The notes under the pieces: generated by a model | Databases searched by the model: none | What the model was told of the DNA's origin: nothing | The model's input: the letters and a program-made list of their open reading frames with translations, nothing else | Assembly (NCBI GenBank): GCA_003344405.1 | Contig: NOWV01000018.1 | Coordinates: forward strand, 310,001-374,000 | DNA: 64,000 bases | Reading direction: 5' to 3' | Origin: Trichoplax sp. H2 | Taxonomy: Eukaryota | Translations under genes and position numbers: made by a program | Shown: in pieces, positions 12,395-24,066 of the stretch | How the letters are laid out: every line of letters starts with the position of its first letter | Position numbering within the stretch: position 1 is the first letter of the stretch

Positions 12395-13964
12395 GTTGTG
12401 ATTTTATTTCAACCAAAAAAATGCTCGGTCGGCAATCAAAAAGAATTGTAATCAACAAAATTGAAAGTCTATTGCTTGACTTTTCGGTGCAGATTGATAG
12501 GATTGAATTGCTGGTCAGGGCAATGCTCGAATCGACTAGGTTTACTATAGTCTGCTGGAGGCGATGATTCTTTGCGAATAAAAATGAGCAAAGTAACCTC
12601 TAGCTTAATCAGGAAAAAATAGCTTTATCCTTACAAATGTCTAATTAACCACGTGCAGTTGATCATTGACCGTTTATGTTTGGTTTGATGACGTGGAATT
12701 GAAATAACCTCGAAAATTATATTTATTTAACCCTCTTCACAGTGTGACATCTAACCCTAACCGAATTGTTTATTTGTTAAGATCTTCCGACCTATTATTA
12801 TTTTTATCACCTTTGTCGTTAGGGTAAGCGTTCTATTTATATATCAGGTCAATGGATTGTGATTTTTCTTGGAAAGTCGAGATCATTAAGCGGATATATT
12901 GTACCGTATAATCAACTGGAATATATTAGAGTAAAAAGATTGCTGAGCTATTATCTTCGATAGTGTATAGTACATGTATATTGTATAAATTCAATTTTCG
13001 AACGTGGACGAAAAAGGTATTCTGAAGAAAGACCTGTCCAGTTACTGACATGAATGAGCTGACGGCGTCATATTAAACAGACAAATAAAAACATAAAGAA
13101 AACGGGGCTGTGGTGTTGTTCTGATTAAAGTAAAGTTTAATTCTGGGGGCTAGTGCATTTCGTGTCATGACTGTCAGTTTGTCACGGGTGTCGTTGGAGA
13201 CAACTACAAGGTAAAATCGAAAACGGAGAGAACGCGCAGATTCCAATCTTCACTTTTGTTAATTTTCAATATTACGGATTTATATATATATGTCCAGAAT
13301 ATTCTTTTATAAATAATCTCATGTAGCGTATTAAATTTGATAAGCAATTTGCTGTATACAGTACTGTAAAGTATATTTTAATGATAGCAAATGGACGATA
13401 AAAATCGTTGGTTAAAAAAACCAAAGCCAGCTTATTGTGATTAATTCCGAACAGCCAACAGTATTTTTTGTTGCTCGTCACTTGGACGCTGAATGCTAGG
13501 AGATCAATGTTGTACTTAACTTAATGAGAAGCAAATATTAATCCGTATATGATAAAACAGTCTGCTCTTAAACGGATATAGATTTTAAAAGGACTGGTGA
13601 TAGAGGTGTTGTTGCCTAAAAAAAAAAGGTTCAATCGTCCATTTTTATCCTCTAAATACAGATCTTTACAAACAGCTCGTTAATTTCCCTTGAATCATGC
13701 CGCGTTAATTTACTTCGGCAATTTCATTTCTCGAATCCCTGAAGCGAGCAGTGTAATATCATGGGTTTGTTAATAAAAATTAGATCACGAACGGATACCT
13801 ACGCAAGCACTTGTTAATTAATAAAATGGATATTAAGATTTTATTCACCGAGTAAACGAGGAACGCCCATCATCGGAATTATATATCATACATACGCATA
13901 GATTGAGTTATCGAAGTATTGTACACTACAAAACCATAATCTAATTATTGATGGCTCTAGGAGG

Positions 13965-14064
13965 CACGGACTACTCGAGAAATTCCTTCCCCCAATCGCT
14001 CTATTAATTACAATAAAGGGGATAGAGATAGGCAGGCAGGGAAAAATTTCTCGAGTAGTCCATG
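13965..14064. mobile_element. 100-bp mini-MITE / hairpin, same terminal family as 7212-7518
   Basis: CACGGACTACTCGAGAAATTCCTTCCC ... GGGAAAAATTTCTCGAGTAGTCCATG is a near-perfect ~26-bp inverted repeat. 7-bp flanks are TAGGAGG / CAGGAGA. Confidence 0.8.
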
Positions 14065-16189
14065 CAGGAGATCGGATATATCACAGAAATTATCTGTTTA
14101 CAATATGGAGCCTTCACAACATCAGTTGTTTGTACGGTATGGGTCCGTTCGCCGTCCCATTTCTGTCTACTTCAAGGGACGAGAATTTTTGGTTTAAAAG
14201 TCCCTGACAAGCAAAAGAAAACACATGATTGCTGAGATTATACAATATGATACTGGCAGCTTGTTCGATGAAAATCTTGTTTTTAAAGTGTCATATGGAA
14301 GTCCAATTCGATTGGTGTTCTTCTAGTCTTCTACTGTTCGACAGTATAGAAATAGGGACTACGAACCATAGAAGTAAAAAGAAAAATCTTTTCCTTTTAT
14401 CTCTATGCTACCAACAGACGAGAGAGACTTTGCATAGAACGAAAATTTACTACACAACGCCTTAGAGACTAAACTCTAAAGTAATTAACCCTCACTGCTA
14501 TTCAAATCAAGATTGTAAAAGCTTTGACTTTATAATACTAATGATTGATTGCCATCTACTGTAGTCCAATTCTATGGTTACTTATTGTTAATATGATTGA
14601 TGTATTTATTTATTTCGTACTAAATGTTTAAACCAGGGTATGCTTGGCGATTAGATCTCTACGTTCTGAAAAAGATAAAAAATTGACTGTAGTGAGACTG
14701 CCCATTGTCGCTACTGTCCTCCTCTTTGAGTTTGTATGCATGGGTGTGTTAAATGTACAATTCAATTTAGGCTTCCAAGCTAATAACATAACTAATTCTC
14801 CAATATTTAACTTATTAAGTATATTATTACTGTACATATATATTTGCTGTACTTACAGTCTAAACTGCTGCTACTTTACTCACATTAGATTGATGATGAT
14901 TACCAGTGTAAGATAATCATTTCATTTTTACAATCTATAGCCGGTAAATGACATTTCACACTTTAAATATAACCTACTACACACCACTGATTCTACCGTA
15001 TTCAGATCTTAATGTCTTAATGCTAACGTATTAGAGCACATCGTTTGCCGCTGCAATTAATGCGATCTCTATTAGGCTTAATACTTGCAAACAAACCAGG
15101 CACCAATTTTACAACCAAAATCAAGTGTAGTTTCCACGTCTTCAATTAATTAAATACCTTTACTAGAGTTAAATCATATTTCAGAATTCTAAATTTCTAA
15201 TAGCCGAAGGTACTACAATTTCAGTCATCAATAATGCGATAATCACAATTTTACTACCTCTGTGATCATGATTGCCGTGTTTTTTTAACAATTTTAAAAT
15301 CATTGTGTGAAAATTCTAAACTGATAGTTAACTTGTTAAAATTACTTATGACACTGACACCTGTTATAATGCTATAGTTCACTGCAACATGATCCCCTAC
15401 GAAATCTGTTAGCATCTCATCTAAACTGCTACTTCAATCGCCTGTTGTTTCCAGCCTATTCTCTACGATAAAGGCTACATTACTCAGCAAGTTATTCCTA
15501 AGAATTATATGCAATCGCGAATAATTAGTACTTATTGGATGAACCTAAAACCAAGAAACACTATTGATCTTCACATAATTTCTATATTTGTAAACTGCAA
15601 CACAGCTGCGACTATACTTTATGCAAACGTTTGTCTAAATTACTTTAAATTGTAATCGAAGTTACATTTTGTGTTACTATAGTACTTGGCGTATGATGGA
15701 CAGAACCACTAATTTAACCACTTAATGTTGTCTACAGTTTTAAAATGTAAAGTTAAAGTGACTTACACAAAATGATAGATCCATTATTATTGGGTGTCCT
15801 CGCTTCGACACATATCATTTATTAATAACAAAATCTTTTTACTGTCGATATTGCATTAAAACTACTTTAAACCGTTTTCTGCGCTGCAAATAATTCATAT
15901 TCGAATTAAGATAACTGATGTCAGCACGGCTAAGTATAGGGGTAAAGCAGCAAAAATAACTTTGACAAACTGAACTTTAATAAACAATTTCTCTAAAATC
16001 ACTTCCATTTGTATCAAAGATAGGTGATATCAAACATATCCAGTTGCCGTTAAGTAACAATGACTTCCATAACTGAGCTTAAACAATTTTCTAAAGTTAC
16101 ATAACACTTTGCCTGTGCACTGCATCACATCAAGAAATTCTACTAACAGGATACAGTTTTCAAACTTGTTTACCTTTGATAATTTTAAA

Positions 16190-19100
16190 TTAGTAGCGAA
16201 TTGCTTCTATATCATCTTCAGTACTATTACAATAACTGTCTCTCAACCGGTAAAGTATGCGTTTACTTAATGGCATTTACAAGATAATTTATTTTTTTTT
16301 AATTCTCCCAGTTTCCAGAAACTTACGAAATTTTGCTACGTCGGGTCCTTTGTCACCATATCCACGATAATATTCCATCGTGGTATCAATCGCATCCAGC
16401 ACTAGATCATCAATGAAATTCAGTTACCATTATAATATAGTTTACATAGCATAATTACGTACGAAAAGTAACTATTATTCCAGAAATGAATGCGTTGAGG
16501 TGGCTGTAGTACGCAAACCTTAGTTTAATTTATAGTTAATAGAAACATACCATCACCTTTGAGCTTTTTCTTTAACTTGGGTAATTGCTACAATAAGCGT
16601 ATAACCAAGAAAAAGGTGCGAATTATATATGAATTATATTCAAAACATAAACCCTGTATTTTAGCATCCTTGACCATGTGCATTTTATCAGATGTTATAC
16701 ATAAATACAAACGATAAAGGAACGTATCCTTTTCCTATACAAGTATGACTGGTATAAACTGGGATACAAAGAAGGTATATAATGCTGAAACAGACATTTG
16801 CACTAACAGATGACAATTACTTGTCATGAATGCCCTTCGATTTAAAAATGATATCTTTATAACTACAAGATTTTAATATTTAGCAACGAATGACATTTGA
16901 TCAAAGACATCGAGATATGGAGTTTATATATATAACATATTGATGATAACTTCAGACGTCAGTATTATGCGACTATGAAATCATATGAAATCATTTCAAA
17001 TATTTTAGGCAGTTCACTAGAATGTAAACTTGTAATTGCACATTATACTGTAAAGGGTAACTAACCTTGCATTTTTGAACAATCACGTTCAATGCTAGTA
17101 ATAAGTACTTAATAACCTGGGAACATCATAATATTTAGTATAAATAGTAAGAAGATAAGAAAACTTTCATATGTCGAAAACAATATATCCTACGTTGCAT
17201 ACTAATCTAAGAATGCGTATAATTTTCAGTGCTTAGATTGAATTTAAAATTCATTGTGGGTTAATATGGACGGTAAGGAATCGGTACTGACCTCGTAGTC
17301 GTGGCATCCCGTGATTAATTCGCAAGCTTCCTTAAAGACATTTTCTCGTTTAATCAACTCATTAACCTATCAAGGTACATTAATTTATACACTTTGCTAT
17401 AAGAGATTAGAGATTATCAACATAGTTTACGTTTAATGTCATATTTGGCTAGCAATATATCTAACTTGTTTATTAGTTCCACAAACGACGATTGTATGGA
17501 ATACTTCTGTAGGCGGATGAAAATGCTCACAGGTCTTTTTAAAATATCAAAGTTTTATTAAAGACGGAAGGTAATTAATTTACTGTTACCGAAATTGAAA
17601 ACTATAAGTGCTCCTTAAAACGTACCACATCTATCCAGGAGAAGATAAACGGCACTACATCATTAACAATGAGCTTCTACAATAGTAAGTAGTTATCATA
17701 ATCAAATTTTTGTAGAGATCAAGATTGAACTTAAGTTAACTACAGTAACATAACGTAGATATTTTCACACACAATGCATAGATTAGCTAACCTGAATCAT
17801 GTTGTTATTATAACGAGCCAAGTTGTTGAGAAAGATAAACAGATGCTGCAAGAAAGTAAATTTGGTATAAAATGATCGCAGCATCATAATAAAAAGGAAA
17901 ATCATTTATTAAAGAATGCTGTGATATTTGTTTAAACATTAACTAGTCAAAATTACATCACAAAAAGTTCGGCCTTCCCAATATTCAATTGCATACAAGT
18001 TGCAGATAACATGATCGATTAAACCATCAATATTCGCTATAAACTGTAACAATTTCGCAAAAAGAGAAGGTATGACTTTATGTACTAAAATTTTAAAAAT
18101 TTTAACCTGCTACTTGACATCGTAATAGTGGTATTATACCTGTTGCTGTTTCCGGTCTTTTACGTGTGTAAATATGGTTGTCAAAGTCAGCAATGCCTGA
18201 TCCTATCAGAGGATTGCCGATACAAGTAAAAGATCAGTTATAAGTTATATTTGTTTGATAATATGAATATAGAGGCAGACTTACATGCAGCTGAAGATCC
18301 ATAGTCTTTAATATCTCAAATATGCGGTGACAAGGTATGGAAGCTAGAGCTTGCTGTTTAAGGTCATATCAAAAAAATAAAAAATTGACATACGAGTAAA
18401 CAATATGCAGACTGTGTATCCTAGTCATTTTGCATAGTATATCAATGAGATTTATTCTAGTTATTTGATATTGTGGCAAACAAATACAAACAACAAGCAC
18501 CATTTTCATGCATAATCGCAAGGTTTGGTTTATAACTATCACCACACCCTTATATCTTTTTTCGTATGTTGTAATCTTATTCCGTGTGCATCAAAGGTTA
18601 GCAGCTCTTGACTTTCTTCGCTTAAAAAGCTTATAATTTTTAACACGCTACTCAAGACCTATCGATAGAATCGGTTAAGAAAATTAGCTTGTAAAGTACG
18701 TATAGCATTGCAATATAATGTAATTAATTGAAACCATTGCGATATTATCTGTAGTATAAAGGTTACCACAATGTCTTCTGACTGTAACAAAACATACACT
18801 GCATTCATCAGCTTTGAATAGAAAGAAAGCATTGGAGGTTTAAGTTGGCGTATTAACATTGGTAAATCATCTTTCGTAATGGTTTTAAAGAGATCATTTC
18901 ATTTCTTTATGCAGCTAACCTCGACAATGTTATTTCTTATGGCATTGCGATAGGCTTCAGTGGTATGCCTATAATAACATTTCGTGCATTTCTTCAAAAG
19001 CGCGGCAGCCTCTCGAAGGTATGGTAGCTATTTCAGATTAAGAGGAAAATAAGCATAAAAATTGGATTCAATAGATCTTTTTAGTATTAGCATAAGTATA

Positions 19101-21133
19101 CGCTTGCACCATTCTTTCTAAAGTTACAGCTTTAGTTATTTCCCGAATGATTTCGCAGTCAAACACCATTTCTTGATCTGCTAAATTAACATCATACTTA
19201 ATTCGCTGAGAATGTAAAGTCTTGTGTAAGATACGAAATTATCGTCACAGATGCATTATTGAGCTTTCAAATATCGGATACTGTAGTTGTTTAAAATAAA
19301 GTAAAAATTTCATGTTTCTTTACCGGAGACAATATAGCTTTTTAAGACCTTGAATGCTGCCTCACCCAGTTGGTCAAATGGAGATGAAAAGAAGTTTATG
19401 AACATTACAATATCATCGCGAAGTCTTTCTTCTGCTTAGTAAAATAAGAAGATTAGCATTCATGTTTTAAAACCACATACGATACGAAATGTTCAAATTA
19501 TGTATCATATTCGTATTCACCTTGCAACGGTTTCGTGTAATAAAATATCAGCCAAACATGAGTTTGGTCATCAAGGCAAACCATGCATTTCATCAGTTCT
19601 AATTTAAGTTCAATACTATACAGAAGCATTTTGTCGTTTAGCGCTACATGCAAGACATATCAAGTGTTTATGTATCCCAAGATGAAGCTACTGTTAATTG
19701 CTCTATTGTGTCTTCAGTGCTGTCGAGCTTTACCTATCGCTCTTTCGGATTAATTTCAACAACTCTTCCGTAATTTCATCCCTAAGAAATATTTTATAAT
19801 AATTTAGTGATACATTTCAGTTATAAATTACTAATTGGTTTCAATCAAAGGGAATAATCTACAAGTATTAAAAGACCTAAGAAAGTCGTAAGAAATTCTA
19901 AAGTCCAAAGCAGCTTTTCGGATGACCCTGCTGTTTCAATTAAGGCCGTTAGTAATTTATCCAGAAGGAATCGTGTAATATTGACGATATTCTATGCGAG
20001 CATAAATATTGTAAATCCTATAGTTAACTGTAACCACGAGACAGGTAATGCTAACATCATCTTCCTGGTACATTATTGAATCTGCTTAAGTTAAGATTAA
20101 TCAAACACTGAATTGCTTACCGATTCCCACAGAAGGGCTCTTTAAACACATGATCGTTACATAGTTGTACAATTTGTCTAATGGTGGCGTATAAATTAAG
20201 AATCTGTTTAATTTCACTACAAGTGAAATAATTGCTCAACCTCATACTTACGGTAAGGTATTAAGGCGAGAGATGATATCTTTGTGTGATGGCGATGTCT
20301 GTAAAGTCTTTTTAATGCGGTGGCAAAGTGTAAATAAAAAAATATGAGTAACTTGTAGCAGTTTGGAGGATAAAAAATACTTCATTATTATAGTATATAC
20401 TGTTTAGGTACGCTCAGTATTTTCTTTATCCGCATTTGCAGCTGTAACAAAACAGATTGAAAAATACATCATTTTAGTATTTTCCTTTCATACTATCGTT
20501 TACCTTGGTGACCAAGTCGAATTCATCCAATAAGTAATCCTAAGAAAAATGAATATGACGATGATAATTACTACTTTATGATCATGCACTAAAGCAGGAT
20601 CATCGATATACGGCGCAAGTACGTTTAAAGCAAGTGGATAGTTATTAATTTCAAGTTTAAATCTACTATAACAGCAACGAGCATATTTTAGATGAGGATG
20701 GATAACTTGGCAATACTGTAAATGAAAAATACGGAGTTAACTACATATTGGATATTTCCCTTCTTCAAAAAGAGCAAACTACGGGCACAATAATGCTAAC
20801 AGCCTACACAGCTTTCTCTAGCTGATTGCTTCTATTCTCTGTGTTTATTATTGGCCCTGAATTCAGTTTCTATACTGTACTGTCATTAGTCAATCATGAT
20901 TAATAACATTCGTATATATCCTATACCTTGGTGATATCTTGTTCTTGGTTATTATCATCACAAAGGTAGCTCGCTTCTATCCATGAATTATTTTTGTAGA
21001 AGGTACGACAAAAATCAGAATCAAAGATGTAGGTAATACCATCGCTATCAAAATCGAGATCATCCTCAGTCAAGTCGCTCATGGAATCGCCTGATTCTTG
21101 ACCAGCCATATCTTCTGCCTCGTCTTCAAACAT
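16190..21133 (-). pseudogene. Importin-alpha-like ARM-repeat gene copy A, probably pseudogenised
   Basis: About 20 short exons collinear with KPNA ARM repeats: DIVMFINFFSSPFDQLGEAAFKVLKAILS (cf. [28 protein letters not shown]), LPYLREAAALLKKC, VLSSVLKIISFLSEES (cf. VLADACWALSYLSDG), IPCHRIFEIL, DQALLTLTTIFTH (cf. PALRAVGNIVTG), VVCGTNKQ|VNELIKR. Acidic first exon 21133-20926. Lesions: 1-bp deletion near 19896 relative to the 6.6-kb paralog, and a TA|G stop across the ~19832/19781 junction where paralogs give Tyr. The 3' end is tentative. Confidence 0.7.
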
Positions 21134-24066
21134 CTTGCTGCTTGATTTACTGAATAAGTTGATGTTTCGAAAGCATTGATTGAGATCGGTCGATCAGCAA
21201 TGCAACTACTGCATAAATCGTTCCTATTGTCAATCTAAATGTAATAAAAAGGAATACTCAACATATTGACAACTGTACCTTTCGGTCGTAGAGCAATATG
21301 CGCCAATTAAGTTGATATTATGATGACAGATGAAGAAGAGCAGTTTAAATGCTTCAGCTAGTTATCGCAGTATTCCTATCTTTCCGGTTCAGAGTAATCC
21401 CCACTAACGGTGTTGATGTTGTCAATTTTAATGAAGAAGTGATTGATAAAGCATTAGAAGATTTCTCCAACCTATTCCCCGTTTGAAAATCGTACCAAGA
21501 TCGAAATGCTCAACGAGGCAAATATGGAAATGTCTAAATCAGCAACCGCGAGTACTTGCGCCAAAATGATGTTGTTTACGGCAAATCAACGAGGTAACAG
21601 GGCACAAACCTGAAAGGGAAGGAGTGAAATAGGCTAGATATCTGTTGGATGCCACTTTCGTATTGGCCAAACTCCAGCCACGTGCGGCACGAGTAGACAC
21701 GAGTAGTAGCATGTGCACTTGTGCAGTTTTCCATGCAGTCTGTGATGGAAGTAAGAGCTAAAAGTAATTGCTTTTTCTTTCCTACTGCAGTATACATACT
21801 GCCAAGCAGGATGGCAAGTTTCCGAGATTGTATACCGGTGTATGCTAAAGCCAGTTTTCTCTCGTTACCTTGAGGGGAAAATGTCCTTTTCTTCTTTACT
21901 TTTTACGCCCTGATCGGACACTTTACCAATAATAGTATAAACTATCCTAGTCTTAAACCTCTTTCTATAAATCTATAAATGTTCGGTATTGAAGGAAAGA
22001 AAAAAGTGTATTCGTCTTCCCTCTATGACCTGACCTAGGACTTGTCCAATAAACTAATTCCTCTTGTCTATTAATTCTACCAATATTCAGATGAAAGAAA
22101 AATGTGTAGCCATTCCCTCTATGGCGTGACCAAATGACGAGGACTTCTCGAATAAACTGCAGTATTTCCTCTTTCTAGTGTTAGATTAGAATGGTTTTAT
22201 CCAGATGGCGTCGGTCTGACATGGGCAGACTACCAATCTCCAGGGTACTCTTAAAAATGAGAGAGGGGATAAAAAGTGATGGGAACATTTTATAAATTGA
22301 TTATGACATGATGTCACAGACATGTTGTCGAAGAATAGGAGTAATAGGACCTATGGCGTTGAGATAAATATTGATGACATTGAAGTAAAGAGCGTAAACA
22401 TAGAAGGAAGCTAGAGAAATGTCCAAAAATATAGACAAATTCGGAAATTTGGCCAAATAGTGGCAAGAAGTTGGAACTTGTTGCCTATTCTTTATTAGAG
22501 ATGTTAATGGTACAGTATAGAGAAATTAAGGAATTGAATGAAATAGATGGTAGGAAATTGTCACTCGTTAATTATTCGTTATAGGAGATGTTAACGATAT
22601 AGAGAAATTAGGCAATTTAGTGAAATAGAATGGAATATACTGTACGGATAATATTTAACTTTAGCTGTTTAATATTTATTTATTGAAGTTTATTAGAAAG
22701 GTAGTACTGCCATTGTTACAATAGCAGCCTACACCAATTCGCTAGGATAAAATAGAGATAGAAATATTTATAGATTGATTATGATATGATATTCTTGGAT
22801 ATTGGCCTATCCAGATGCAGAATCTAATGCAGTAGACAGTGGTTGAATTTAACGGAAGGAGCGAAAGTGTTTAGTATAGCCATCCAGTGTAATAGATTGT
22901 TTGCGAGATATTTCAATTTTTTGGCTAGTCAATCACTTGAGCAGAAGTTGTTGCCACATTTAATCGATCTCTTTTAAGAAACGGCCATTACGATTCTATG
23001 AAATGTTGCTTCTCCTCAATTTCAGTCATAACTGCATACAGCGAAACTTTGGTTGTTTATCAAAACTTATCATTATCAAGAAGAGGGAAGAGAGGGAGAG
23101 GAGTATACGATGGAAAAAGGATAACATTTATACTTGAGTAGTCCCTGTCATTATTCTGCACTAAAAGTTTTCCGAAGAGATCACTGCTTTTCCTGTGGAG
23201 TGGATACGTGTATGTAGCTGTGTAATTTATTTTTCAGTGAGCACAAGGTGCTGGAACTATTTTTTTCACTACAATTCATCAGGTAAATTGGCTTACACAA
23301 ACACATACAACTACTCCATCATACGAGTACTGTATACCAGAAGAATGTAATACTTTGCGACTGGAATTAGCACAGATCTATCTACGCTAGTAACTGTACA
23401 AATAGCATCGCAGTCAGTGTTGGGATCCTTAGTCTTACAGCATTTCACAATAAAGCAAAGTCGCGTCTTAGTTGCGTTTGGTTTACACTTTTTTTAGTTA
23501 CAGTTAACTATGATTGCTGACAACGTGCTGGGCAAGGAGGGAATGAAAAACCGAAGAAAAAGAGCCTAACCGCATTTTTATAACATTTCGAACATTGAGA
23601 GCGGTAATTTCCTGTTTCATATTACAACATACGAACATTGATATACAGTACTGTAATGATAAACTACATTTTAGGTATCAAGATGCAGTTTATGTAGTTT
23701 GAACTAAAATTTATTGTTAGTGAAGAAGCTACTCATATAACCTTGGGTAAGTTTAGTCAATCACATTTTATTTAAAGAAACATCACATCCAATTTAAAGA
23801 AACATCACATCGATTACTCCTTATAGTTAAAAGTCTATTTTAAGTAGTTCAGTCTTCGTCAATTTTTAGCATGATATTTAGAAGTTGCACCAAATACCAT
23901 CTACAGTAGTGAATTTACGAAGCTGAAGCTATTAAGAAAGTTGCTGACAACTTTTTTAAACGATGAATAAGAAAGTTTAAAATACTAATAGCAATGAAAA
24001 TTATCTAGATGGATGTAGACCTTATACGCCTTTGCACGAGTAGGATATGCAAAACCAAATAAGAAG

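Noticed and set aside
12750-12825. Telomere-like CTAACCCTAACC and a nearby TTAGGG
   Set aside because: Only about two units, which is expected by chance.
22495-22635. Degenerate ~85-bp tandem duplication; also short duplications at 23770-23812 and 27826-27852
   Set aside because: Ordinary slippage or duplication with no functional signal.
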